Source of the DNA: Vicugna vicugna
Lineage: Eukaryota
DNA length: 64,000 nucleotides
Direction: 5' to 3'
NCBI GenBank assembly: GCA_013265495.1
Contig: MU058844.1
Location: forward strand, 10,002,184-10,066,183
Numbering within the stretch: the stretch's first letter is position 1; each line of letters starts with the position of its first letter. Under the pieces are notes generated by a model, which was not told the DNA's origin, did no database searches, and saw only the letters and a program-made list of their open reading frames with translations. The position numbers and the translations under genes are program-made. This document shows positions 37,679 through 49,690 of this stretch, one piece after another.

Positions 37679-38801
37679 AATTTGCCGTTTTTAACAAGGC
37701 ACTTGTGGCAAGCCCAGAAAAGCCCTCTGCAGACTCACTTGTGAAAGCCAGCCAGTATGTGTACTCTCAGACTATGGGGCATTCTCTTCCCCTGCTTTGC
37801 AATCTGAGCCAAACAGCAAATTCTTCTTAAAATATCATTAAGATAAGAATGGCCTCACTGTTTCTAGTAGATTTCATTGTGAAAACATGAGGCTTGGCAG
37901 CTTATAAATCATATCACTCTGCATTATTCAAAGATTAGTTATAATAGCCTAAGAAACTTTTATAAACATCAAACTCCTTTCAAAAATTATATTCTGAGAT
38001 ATTGAAGGGGTGGGGTGAGTGTTTATTGCTGGGTATATTAAAATTACATTAAAAAGAAAAGTGAGGTTTCTATAACACATTTTCTACATATCAGGGTTAA
38101 GCCAGATACTTTTGAGAAGGAATCTGAATGAGGGAAAAAAAAATTCAAAGGCCATATTATCTCACTATTATTTTAATCTAGCTCACATAATTCTATAGCT
38201 TACTGTCTATACTACTTTGCCAGTTTGGAAAAATTTTTCCCCTCATTTCTAAAGGAAAAGAGGCAACAGTTTACTCATTTTATGTAATTCTTAGATTTAG
38301 GTGAGAAGCTTAGCAAAATAAGTCAATATTACTTTTAACATCAGAAAAAAATATAAATGCTATCTTAAATATAATTTTAGAATATACTCTGGTATACTAT
38401 TACATAAGGGAAAACTTTGCTTATTTAGGCAACAAATATTTATTACAATAATGTTGTCAGATTGACTAGAATTTGAAATTTGTTATAGTTCAAAAGATCT
38501 AGAACATAGTATGCTGATTATGTTCCTGGACAGGGCAATTAGAAAAGAGTGTTTTTATTCTTCCTATATGAATCAATCTTAAGTTATTCTTGGTGACGTA
38601 AGGTGACCCTTCCAGGTGATTTAAATTTGTAATAAGAAGGTCTTGCCTCATTGTTAGGTGGATGGTAGTTGTTGGAATCACAAGGTTCTTTAGTTGCACT
38701 TATCAGAAACTGACTCTGGTCAATCTAAGCAAAAGAGGAATTATCAGAAGGCTATTGGAGATGTCACAGAACTAATAGGAAGGTTGAAGAATCTTGCTTA
38801 G

Positions 38802-38943
38802 ATGTTGCAACGTGTATATATACGTATATATATATACATATATATACGTATATATATATGTATATATATAATCATTACATTGTATACCTTAAACTCACAC
38901 AATATTATAAGTCAACTATATCTTAGTAAAGCTGGGGGGAAGA
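38802..38943 (+). mobile_element. L1 (L1MA-type) extreme 3' fragment with 15-bp TSD
   Basis: aatcattacattgtataccttaaactcacacaatattataagtcaactatatcttagtaaagctggggg; TSD aagaatc(t/a)tgcttag at 38787-38801 and 38944-38958. Confidence 0.8.
38812..38870. repeat. Interrupted (TA)n microsatellite
   Basis: gtgtatatatacgtatatatatatacatatatatacgtatatatatatgtatatatata. Confidence 0.9.
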
Positions 38944-39694
38944 AAGAATCATGCTTAGTAAGGTGAATATTAGGTTATCACCTAAGATAAATGAACTCCA
39001 ACTGTTTCCTATTTCCTTACAAAAGCTCTGCTTATGATTTGAAGTCCCTCAGAAACTGATTGGGTCACATGCATAACCCTTGGCTATACAGAAGGAATTT
39101 CATGGGACACCTCAGCTTCCATTCCAAGATTCCATACAGTTTGGGGAATATAATTCCCACGCAAAAGAAAATCAGTGTTTTTAGGATGAGGGACTGGATG
39201 CTAGACAGTTAAAACCACAAAGCTTTACTACACTACTTATTCAATGTTGTCTGTGACATTGCTAACTCCATCAATATGAAAAGAAGACATCTACTTCTCT
39301 GGGTCTCAGTTTCTTCTTTTGTAAAATGAGAAGACTGCATTAGGTGACTTCCAGCTTCCTTTCTATATTTCACAGTCACAATTACCACTTAGGCAGACAA
39401 TGATGCTACCTTTGGAGAAGGCTTCCATGTAGCAAAGGAACTTTTTCTAACCCTGGTGGCTCTTAGTCTTTCTCATCCCTCCCTGTCACGTCTACTTGTC
39501 TTTAGAGAGCACCTCCAGCTTTTCTGGCTCTTGCCGATGCCACGGCAAGTTTCCAGAACTCAGTGGACCTCACTTGGAGAATTAAAAATCAAACACATTT
39601 TACTCTGTCACATGTTGCCTAAAATAGAACATTTCCTTCATCGAAGAGTAGATGTTCCCCGTAATACACACCAAAGTAAAGAATAGGTTCTTTA

Positions 39695-39871
39695 GTAACC
39701 GTAAGTTTGTTTTCTATGTCTGAGAGTCTGTTTCTGTTTTATAAATGAGTTCATTTGCATCATTTTTTTAGATTCTACATATAAATGATATAGATATGTA
39801 AAACTGAATCACTATGCTGTACACCAGAAACTAACATAACATTGTAAATCAACTATACGTCAATAAAAAAA
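39695..39871 (+). mobile_element. 177-bp L1 3'UTR insertion with 5' inversion
   Basis: 39695-39790 antisense L1 3'UTR, 39791-39871 sense terminal 3'UTR + poly-A; perfect 17-bp TSD aaagaataggttcttta at 39678-39694 and 39872-39888. Confidence 0.88.
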
Positions 39872-41324
39872 AAAGAATAGGTTCTTTAAAGTGTTTTCTG
39901 TTTAAAATGAAGTTCTGAAGCTCTTTTCACAAAAATAAGACTTAATTCTCCTGATAAAGGGAAGTCCTGGTGCTCCATCTAGAGGACGTTTTGTATGTTC
40001 CAGATTAAGGGGGTTAGAGGGTCCATCACAGACGTCCAGTCCTCTAAATCTTGCTGTGATAATTCTACCAATAATTTTCTAAGACTCAACAGATATATTT
40101 TTAAAAAACATTTTGAATAAGCCCATACTGTGTAACAGTAAAGAGGACAATTTCCCTCCTCATTTCAACTAAGTAAATAACTTCCCCTTTATTCACAAAA
40201 TATTTGGATATATACTGTGCATGCACTGTGCTTACATTTGGGAGTTTCATGGTTAAAAAATGTTTAAACATAATTTCTAACAAGCACGCACCAGTTTTTA
40301 ACCATGTTCCTCAATTATCACAAGCTTTTCTTTTTAACTTGACAGCTATTTCCCCTCATTGAAGACGTAATAATACATTGGATAAAAATATACATGTCCT
40401 TTTTCACTTAGAATTACACAGCATTTTCCTTCAAAAAGACCTGCCTGGTAAGAGAACATACTATTTTTATTTTTCGTGATGAGAGTTTCAGTTGGGTAAT
40501 GCTTCACAGAAATTTGGAGAAACTTGCTTTTTATGTAAAATCTCGGACATTATTTTAGAGAAAACAATGTTTCCTGCATGGAAATTCACTTTTAACCAAA
40601 TGGAGCACACATGTAGCCTCTATTTTCCCATAAAAATTCTGTGAGAAAGTAAGGTCAGATGGCGAAGCTAAGAAGGAGGGACTAGGAAGGATCTGAGAGA
40701 GAAATTTGTAGGGAGTCGGGGGTGACCGGCTGATCTTGGACTGTGGCCATCTCAGTCAGGGCAGTGGAGTGGCCACGGCTGGCCCAGCAGGCTGGGGCCC
40801 TCACGTTACTGCCCTGGTTTTGTTGGAGGCAAAAAAAAAAAAAAAAAAAAAAACCCAGCTGCACAGTAAGTTCTGTGAGAACGGAAACAATTGCCAAGTA
40901 GAAAGTTCTGCTCTGGGATCAGACTTGTCACACTAGTTTCATCAAAAAGTTTACCATATGTCCTGAGGGTCCCCAAGAAAGGCAAAATAATGTATCAGAA
41001 CTTCCAAGATACACAGGCCAGGGAAGCAGAATTTTCCCACAGAAGGAAATAACAAGAGTGGGAGGGGCAGGGGTGGGTGCGGGTCCGTCTTGGTATCTCT
41101 TTCACCAACAATGTACTACATATCTTGAGGATACCCTGTGGTTTTTCTAAGGGATGGCTAATGGAGTAATTTACACACAGAGGTGAGTTTCAAGAAAGCA
41201 AATCTGGATGACATATCCTTTTAGAACTCCTTCATTGAAATGTAAATAGTGTTTAAGTGCACCATAGTACTGAAAGCTCCTAGAGCAGTCCCTGTGCCCT
41301 CTCCTCCCCACCCTGCCCCGCCCC

Positions 41325-41420
41325 CGGAACAGAGAACTATGAGATAACTTGCTCAATGTCACAGAGCTAGTGAGTAGTGGAGCTGGGACCAGAACTCACA
41401 CTGGCTGACCATGAGCCATC
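41325..41420 (-). mobile_element. MIR fragment
   Basis: gataacttgctcaatgtcacagagctagtgagtagtggagctgggaccagaactc. Confidence 0.7.
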
Positions 41421-42812
41421 ATTCTTTCATGTCATGCTGTTACAACATATTCATAAACTAGTTTAACACCCAAGCCTTAAAGAACTAATTGTCAAAAAAA
41501 AAATCTTAATGTTCCTTTTTGATAAGAGGTTAAATGTTTGGAGGTGGTGCTCTTATTGTGGAGAAGAAATAAAAGAACAAAACTTTACAAATGATATTTG
41601 GTTCTTTTGAGTAAATTTGAATATAATAAGAGACACATTTTATGGTTTTTAAAAAATTTTCTCAGCATTTCCCTGCCTTGTTCCAAAACAGTAGACACCT
41701 GGCAGTATCCAATAATTTTAGAGCCACGATATAGAAATAAACTTGAAGGACGTCTTATGGCCAGAATAGATCTATCCTAGAAAGTGAAGAGACAGTGGCC
41801 TCAAGCCCATGGATAAGACTACCCGTCTCCTCCCAGCCCACTCCCTGTGCCAACAGAAAGCCTGTGGACCTGAGGACTGGCTGTCGTGGGTGGGGAGATG
41901 TCCTTCCCCTATTTGCTGCAGCCTTACGAGGCTCCTCTGCACCAGCCTGGGAAAAGCATGAACTACAAAGTAAAGGAAGATCTATTTTTAAAAAGGAACC
42001 GCTAAGAATACTAACACTAAACAAAACTTAAAGTAATTCTCATACTGAGCTGCAAGGGTTCATTTTGCCCCTGGTTTTGGAAAAGATAAACTCATGAACA
42101 GTTTCTTCCCTAACTGCAAACACTGATTTGATGCCAGGGATACCTCGTCGTCCAGAAGAAAAAGTAGACACCAGCTTTATTTTTTTTATACTTCTTTGAA
42201 TTTCATTTTACTACCTCGAAGCATTAAGATATTTAAAAATTGTGCTAGTTGAAGTATGTATTTTACTGGACCGGGGAGGCTCTTTCATGGACCATTCAAG
42301 ATGCAGGGCACATCCTGTTCCAAATAATTCAGCAAATATCAGTGTGTGCATAAAGCAGCCAAATAAGTCACATCCAAATATAATTCCAGTGCAGATACTT
42401 GCTATTAATGCCATGATGCACCAAAATAAATCATAAAACCAACAGTGCTGTTGTACGTCCAAAATAAAAAGGCAGAGTCTACAGTATTTCAACTTGCTAT
42501 AAAAATGGTGCCAGAGGAGCTGGGGCTTGCTCTGGCTGGAGCCACAGCCAGGAGGCCCTGTCAATCTGTGTTCTGCACTTTCAACCATCCAAGCTACACT
42601 GGAGGTCTATTCAAACCTCAGGAAAAGGTGGAAACTAGTTTTTGGTGAGTCTTTCCATTACATTCAGCTGTTTTCTATTCCTGCTAAGACTTCTTCTGTA
42701 TTGCTATCTGATTACTTAGCTTCGCTTAAAATCATTCCCAAGCAAAGAAGACCATCCTAGGAGAAAGACTGGAATCGATGGGCTTGCTGTCCCTGAGGAT
42801 TAAGGTGCATCA

Positions 42813-42960
42813 AGTGGTGGTTCTCAAACCTGGCCCGCACATTTAGAATGATTTTTGGAAAGCCCCACCCTGACCGATGAAATGCTACTGTCTGAGTCTG
42901 TGGCCCAGGCATTAATAGTTCGTTTCTAAGCTTCTCAGGTGATTCTACTGCAGCTTTGCA
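42813..42960 (+). mobile_element. MER5A-like hAT fossil
   Basis: agtggtggttctcaaacctggc...ccccaccctgacc...gtggcccaggcattaatag...ttctcaggtgattct. Confidence 0.65.
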
Positions 42961-44051
42961 GCTAGAGACGCTCTCTGGCCATCATTCAACAGTATGACTT
43001 CTGCCTTCTTCCTTTTGGTCTTCCAGACAAACATACTCAAGTTACAGAAGCCTCCTAGACATTCATTTCTTCCAAGAAATGAATTAACACTAGACAATTT
43101 TTGCTAAAGGGGGCAGGAGAGGTTAAAGAAAAAAGAAAAGCAGAAGAAAGCCTATTTCATTCTTATGAGACCTAACCGAGTTCCCAGCTGGCGGGTCTTG
43201 TTTGGTCAATTGGTCGAAGACTGGATTCTCTTTGTTTTACTAAGAAGCGTCCTTGTTATCCATGCTTCAAAGAAAATAAACATTAAGTTGAAGACAGCGT
43301 TGAGCAGAAAGATTATTCAACTGGGACTCACAAAATCTGGATCCTGTTTAGCAGTTAATAGTTGTGGTACGTGGGACCTTGAACTTATCGCTCTGTGTCT
43401 AATTTTCCCATCAGAAAAACGGAATACTATGCTCCCTTCTTCCAAGGGCTCTCTTAATCTGAGTATCTACTTGTGATCCATTCAACAAGACACCTTAAAG
43501 GATGCACTGTTCTTCACATTGCCAAAAGTGATGGGGTAGACACAAAAAAAGACATTAGATGAGCGAGACTAGAGTGTAAAATCCTTAGAAGATGAAAAAA
43601 CAGGTAAAATAATTAAAGCAGTGCTGTGGGAAAGCTTTACTGAAACTAACTGAAAGTTCTGGGGAGGATCAATTGTTTATGATCTTGTTCTCGAGAGACT
43701 GAAATTCTTTGGATACACCAGATGGTTTTATTTATATAGCAAAAGTTCAGCTCCAGTGAGGTGCTGCTTGCAAATTCACACAGAAATAAAAGAAACCATA
43801 TTTATGGACGTGTACATGCACTTGCTCACAAGAGGGATTTTCCATTGTTTCTTACAGACTTTGAACAAATTTTGAATTTACGATGTTAAAGAGAAGGCCC
43901 ATCACATTGGAAAGGAACAGCAGCCTCCCAAGCCAGCCACCTAAAATTGAACGTGGGGAAGTGGCAGAACTATGTGGATCCCCTCTGTCCACAAGAAGGA
44001 CAAATCTCATTTAATTCAGTCTTTGATGTTCATATACAATCCTCTCTCCTC

Positions 44052-44184
44052 NNNNNNNNNNNNNNNNNNNNNNNNNNNNNNNNNNNNNNNNNNNNNNNNN
44101 NNNNNNNNNNNNNNNNNNNNNNNNNNNNNNNNNNNNNNNNNNNNNNNNNNNNNNNNNNNNNNNNNNNNNNNNNNNNNNNNNNNN
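44052..44184. other. Assembly gap
   Basis: run of N. Confidence 1.
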
Positions 44185-45339
44185 GATCCAACTCATTGTG
44201 GCTGTTTGTGATCCCCAGATCAGGTTTCAAAAAAGAAGGGGCAGCAATCCGGTGACCTTCTCAAGATAGTAGGGAACAACTCTGGTCATGACTGACACCT
44301 GATCTTTCTGCTAATCAGAGATGGTGCCAAGGTTGCATCAGACACCAGCCCACAACTTTTCCGTCCTCCTCTGAGAGGTGTGGAGCATCCTGTCCCCCGC
44401 TGAGTTTCAGTTTTAGACTGCCTTTCCCTTTCAGATCCAAGGAAGTTTGGTTTTATTGACATTGAGATAAAGCTCAAGTCCTGCCTTAATTGAGATTTCC
44501 TGTTCTTTCTAGTGCATGCCTATCTACTATTCATTGTCTTAGTACCTAGTGAGTTCAATGTGATTCATAACAAAGACATGGTTATAAAGCTCTAAAATTA
44601 ACAGCCCTAGATAGTCATATCATAATCAAGAGACCTCATTCACTTGGGCACTTTTTCCTGTACATCTATCATCCTGTCATCCCTTCTTGAAAATGTGACC
44701 ATCATTCTTCCTGGACTCTGAGTCATCCTTCCTCTCTACTTCTGCCAGATCTTCATGACTGGCTCAGGTGGAATCGCAAACTGGGAACCCAGCAAGGTCC
44801 TACAGAAGTACTCTTTGTTTTCTGGGTCAGGCCACATTGTTTCTTAATTGACTGAATACCGAGTATCAGTGTGAAAAGCCACCTTGCTCTTTGCCTTACT
44901 ATCCCTTAAATTAAAGAGGCTGTCCTTAACCTTACAAAGCCTTAGGGGATACTTGTTCTTTGATCATCCCTTAGCGTTTACATAAAAGTCTGTGTTAAAG
45001 CCTGAAGATTCCTGGAGTTCTGGAAGTGTTCAAAGGATTATTGGCTTTACCCCAGCTCTGAGTTTACATAAAATATATGATTTGAATCAGTACAGATCTA
45101 AGTTTTCTCTACAGAATTTTATCTTCTATCTCCCTCCCTAAACAAACAATCTTTGAAGCTAGATAAAATGAGAAAAGAGGATGGAATTATTTCACCCTGC
45201 CTTGTTTGTTTCTATGAGAGTTCTAACCAAAAGGAAAAGATGAGTCATTCAGCATCATTCCCTATTTGGTGGTTTGGACTCCTGGCTACTGTAACCAAAA
45301 GAGGGCAGCACTCCATGGGTTTTGAATTCACAGAAAGCA

Positions 45340-45720
45340 AAACTCTTCCGTTTCTACTTGAACACTCTACCTTAAGCAAGGCACTTCACTCTGTGTTGCA
45401 TGGAATACAGAGACGATTAAGACATCGCTCCAAACATGCAGGAACAAGGAAAGAAGGAAGCCCTGGGGTAGCAGTTAGAACACAGCTATGTTTGGAAAGT
45501 GGTAAAAGATAAATCTGGAAATAAAAGGTGGGGTTAGATTGTGAGGGTCCCTTGTATTCCAGTTATTTATCCTTTGTTTGGAATGCAATGGGGAGCCAGT
45601 CAAAGTTTTTGACCAAGGGGATAATAAGATTAGAACTCTGGGGAAGCTACATCTTATAGGGTTGTATTGGAAAGACTGAAAGAGGGTGAGATCAAGGGAC
45701 AGAGGGGAAAAAAAGGAAGA
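45340..45720 (-). mobile_element. L2 fragment
   Basis: gaatgcaatggggagccagtcaaagtttttgaccaaggggataataagattaga antisense L2. Confidence 0.6.
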
Positions 45721-46354
45721 TATTATAAAGCACATCCAAGAAGTGATAAAGATCTAACCCAGAGGGTTGGTGGTGAGAATGGAAAGCAAAACCTAAAGGG
45801 AGAGGCACTGCAAAGGAGGAAAAAATATCCTTACTGGAGTAGACATGGGGAGAAAAGAACCAAGATACGCCCATAGTGTTACCTCTAAGAGTTGGGCATA
45901 TGGTAAAACACATAAGCAAAATTGGGAAGACAGGGAAAAAGAACTTTTTGAAAACTTTCTCCTCAGGGAGAGTGAAGCGTTACTCTGTTGTCAAGATACA
46001 AGGCGTGCAGGGTTGAAATACAGGAATAGTATGGCCCCAGGAGCTATCTTGGAAAGAAGCAGTCCAAAATGTACACTCCACCCTTTTCACTTTGTTCAAC
46101 TGAGTATCTGGCCACTTGCACATATAGTGTTGGACTTCATGCTTGTGTTTCTCTGTCCTCTTAGCTTTATATGACTCAACTTTTTTCTCATTTTATTCTA
46201 ATCTCTTTATATTTGCATCTAACGGCAGTGCCACCTCAAATCCTTTTGTGAATAAATTAGAGTACCAATTAATCAATTATGGTTACAACATTTTTCTATA
46301 CTGACTGTAAATACACATCCATCAACACATAGGTTCCTTAGGCAAAACACACAT

Positions 46355-46590
46355 CGCTAGCATTTACTAAAGTCAAATGCAGTAGGCACTAAAGGTTTTA
46401 TACACATCACTTCATTCAATCCTATGATTAATAAAACAACCCTATGAGGGCATTCCAGTATTATCCCATTTTACAGATGAAGAAATTGACAAAATGAGGT
46501 GAATTCATGTGTAATACAGCAAGTATGAGGCAGAGCTTGCATTATACCCCAGGCGGTCTGATCTCAGTGTCAATGCCCCTAACCACTTAG
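46355..46590 (-). mobile_element. MIR SINE
   Basis: acaaccctatgagggcattccagtattatcccattttacagatgaagaaattga. Confidence 0.8.
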
Positions 46591-47409
46591 CCTATTGCCT
46601 CTCTGTCCAGTTGGCCCTTACTGTGTCATCCTCATCTTCCTAGTCCTTCTCTGTATCTGCCATGTTTCACTTTAGAATGTCACTTTCTCACATTGATGGA
46701 ACATTAGCCTCCAGAGCCAGTGTCTTCAACCAGGAAGCTTCGTAGCCACCATATATAGAATATGAATGAGCAGGTTGAAGAAAAGGAGCACTGTTCATTT
46801 TTCTAAAATTGAGTTAAATCTGTCTCTAAGTCCTCACATATCAGAGTAGAAGGGTGACAATCCAAAATCAGTCATTTGGGAGACTCAATTTCTTCCTCTA
46901 TGAAATCATACAAGAGTCTGATGTCAAGACATCAGAGAAAATGGGAGGGAGACACGAAAGAGCCATGCTTACTTGGGGCTGTTTCAGCCAACCGATTTCC
47001 TGCAATTGAGCAAGACACATTCCCATGTTTTTCACAACTGCCAGTATATGAGTGGCTACCAGGTCTATGGCTTCAATCTACCTTCTTTCTTGAGCTCCAG
47101 GCTAATATATCTAATGGCCTACAGATAAGTACAAAAACACTGCAAATTTAGTATGTCTAAAAGTAAAACAAATTATCATTTCCTAATACATCCCTCCAAC
47201 CACCATCCTGTTTTTTTTTTTCATTACCCATTTGAGTGGATGACATAATTATCCACGTATTTCCGAAGGGTGTGGGATGGGGGGGTACTAGAGCCTTCTT
47301 AAGAGTCCTACCACTTTTTCCAAATTTTACATCTAGGATTTCAAGTCTAAGTAACCATAAGTCACTAAGCCCTTGGATTATACCATCTTAACTTGCTGGT
47401 ATTGGCTTC

Positions 47410-47490
47410 GATAGATAATAGATAGATAGATAGGTACATAGATACATAGATAGATACATAGATAGAATGATAGATTGATAGAGATAGAGA
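47410..47490. repeat. (GATA)n tetranucleotide microsatellite, interrupted
   Basis: gatagataatagatagatagataggtacatagatacatagatagatacatagatagaatgatagattgatagagatagaga. Confidence 0.9.
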
Positions 47491-47663
47491 AATATGCATG
47501 TTTGTGTGCTCTGCACACTCACCACACCTGAGATTATTGATGAAGGCACCATTGACATTATAGGCATTATAGATTTATGTTTTTTACAAAATTTTCTCAC
47601 TTCACAGTAAAATGTCTACTATTATCAGTGATATGAACTTTTTCCAATAAATAAAGTACTTTG

Positions 47664-47765
47664 AGAAGAGAGGGTATTGCTCAGCGGTAAAGCGTAAGCT
47701 TAGCATACATGAGGTTCTGGGTTCAATTCCCAGTACTTCCATTAAAAAAGAAAAGAAAAGAATCC
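47664..47765 (+). mobile_element. Camelid tRNA-Ala-derived SINE, short form
   Basis: agagggtattgctcagcggtaaagcgtaagcttagcatacatgaggttctgggttcaattcccagtacttccattaaaaaagaaaag; TSD aaataaagtac at 47649-47659 and 47766-47776. Confidence 0.88.
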
Positions 47766-48949
47766 AAATAAAGTACCCTAAGAAAGGATACCATCATTTA
47801 AATTGCATAAAAACACCACGTGGGCTAACAGTAGCCTTGGGTCTCCCAGCTTCTAGACATTTCCTCCAAGCCATTCATGCACTGCTGATCTTTCCAAATG
47901 TGAACTTCATCCTGATTTTCACTCAGGGGGAGCACAAAGTTCTCCATTATCTGCTTTAGCCTAACTGCTAATGTGAATCCCACTTCAATCATCCTGATCT
48001 TCTTGCAACTATTTAAATGCACTATTGCACATCTCTGCGTGTACAATGCTTTCAGCTCATAACACCCATCCAACCCATTCCCACCCCACCAGTTTCCTAC
48101 CTGGAAAACTTCTAGTCTTCCTTCCAGACCAGCTCAAGTGTTTCCTCCTCTTTAAACCCTTCTCTGCCCTAGAAAAGATGATTATACTCTCTTTTGTGCC
48201 TTCATCTTACCTTTAAGTCCACCCCTCACACTGTATTACAATTATTTATTTTTTCAACTGATCTCTTACACTAAATCAAGAGCTCCATGGTTTAGTTTAA
48301 CCATGTATTATTTAACTTTTCCTGTGGTGATATGAATTGGTGTAAAGGGAATGTACTGGATCACACAGCTGCTAACTGGCTCTACTGCCGGCTGTCTAGA
48401 ATGTTCTCTGAGCTATGTGGCTGCCTGCTGGCAAGCTTGCACTTTGAGCTATACTGCTTTGTGCTGCATTTGCTGAGCCCTACTGAGCCTCTGTCATAAA
48501 TTTAATCGACCTAAGTAGAAAGTTTTGAAAACTAACCTTTAGGGACAGAAGTAAAAGACCAGGACCCTACTTCAAATGACCCTGGGTCATGCATGTGTCC
48601 TGGATCAGACCCATCTGTGTATCTCAGATTGAATCATGTGTTCAATTCCAGCACAGGCTGTGACTGACTCTGAGCTCAGGAGAATGGTCCCTACCCTAAG
48701 ACCACTGGTTGTGCGTCTCAACAAGGCATTGGCCCTCATTCTTGGCAGAGCTCAGGAGAAAGGCTGGCACACTGTGGAATATACAGGTCCACTCATGCTG
48801 TACACAGACCACTTATAGCTGGTCACTTATGTGAGGAAGAGTACCACTGTGATAACTTGTTTCTCTCATGTTCTGAAAAGTCCCCCCCCTTCCAACACTG
48901 TCAAGAAACACCTACTGACCCTCTAAGCACCCACAATTCAAAAACAAGC

Positions 48950-49690
48950 TCAATATCTTTTAGGCCTTGTTGGGTTCTAAAGGCTATATATCCCTCATTT
49001 AAAATTTTTCTTAAGCCCATTTATGCTGTTTTTCACAAATTGATCCACTTTGAATGGGACTCTCCACAATAAAGGGCTCACGAATCTGTCCAAGTAACAC
49101 AGCAACAGCACTTTCCTTGGTGTTCGCCCACAGACTCCTCACTGTCGAGGCTTTAGCAACTTCGTCTAATGCTTGTTGGAGTCTATGGACCATCCATAAT
49201 GGTCATAAGCTGCCTAGGGACTTCAAGGTTAAAAAACTGCCCTCCTCAGCCACATGAGATTGCCCCATTAGAGGGACAATCACTGACTGTATACTGGGTC
49301 ATCCTGGGAACAAACGCTCTCACAGGTCTTGACCACGACCCTCCATACCCAGCTGCCCGTATGTCTTTTGTTATGAAATCAGCACCCTGCCAGCTCAGCA
49401 AGGCCCCCAAGGCCTAACTGCTAAAACAGAGATGGCACCCCCAGGATAGAAACCAACCTGGGCCTCAGTTATATCTCACCTGTAGAAGGGGTGGTCTCCC
49501 CTGTCTTCAGTCCCTTGCCTGATGCCACTGTTCTAGAGGAAGCCACCCTCTCAAAGATCCCTTGACTACCCGCAGAGCCCCTTGGGAACAGCTGAATGAA
49601 TAACCAAGGGGGGCTGTATATTTTAGGAACAACAATGCCGCCAACATGTGATGGATGCTCACTGGAGAACTGCTACTTTAACTAGGATGT
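48950..49690 (+). mobile_element. Degenerate class III (ERVL-type) endogenous retrovirus pol remnant (RT connection / RNase H region)
   Basis: frame-hopping peptides PIYAVFHKLIHFEWDSPQ, ACWSLW, KKLPSSA, PLEGQSLTVYWVILGTNALT, PWEQLNE follow the order of recalled ERVL pol motifs (PIYRVTRKAASFEWGPEQ; AVWSLWQ; PFEKQLLACYWALVETERLT; PYDQLTE). Confidence 0.7.

Larger units (their letters stand above)
38690..39200 (-). mobile_element. Old MaLR (MLT1-family) LTR, split by an L1 fragment
   Basis: cagaaactgactctggtcaatctaagcaaaagaggaattatcagaaggctattgg...gattgggtcacatgcataacc. Confidence 0.45.
47065..48300 (+). mobile_element. L2 fragments (about 47065-47260 and 47850-48300) split by younger repeats
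   Basis: ttctttcttgagctccaggctaatatatctaatggcctac...; ttccagaccagctcaagtgtttcctcctctttaaacccttctct. Confidence 0.5.
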
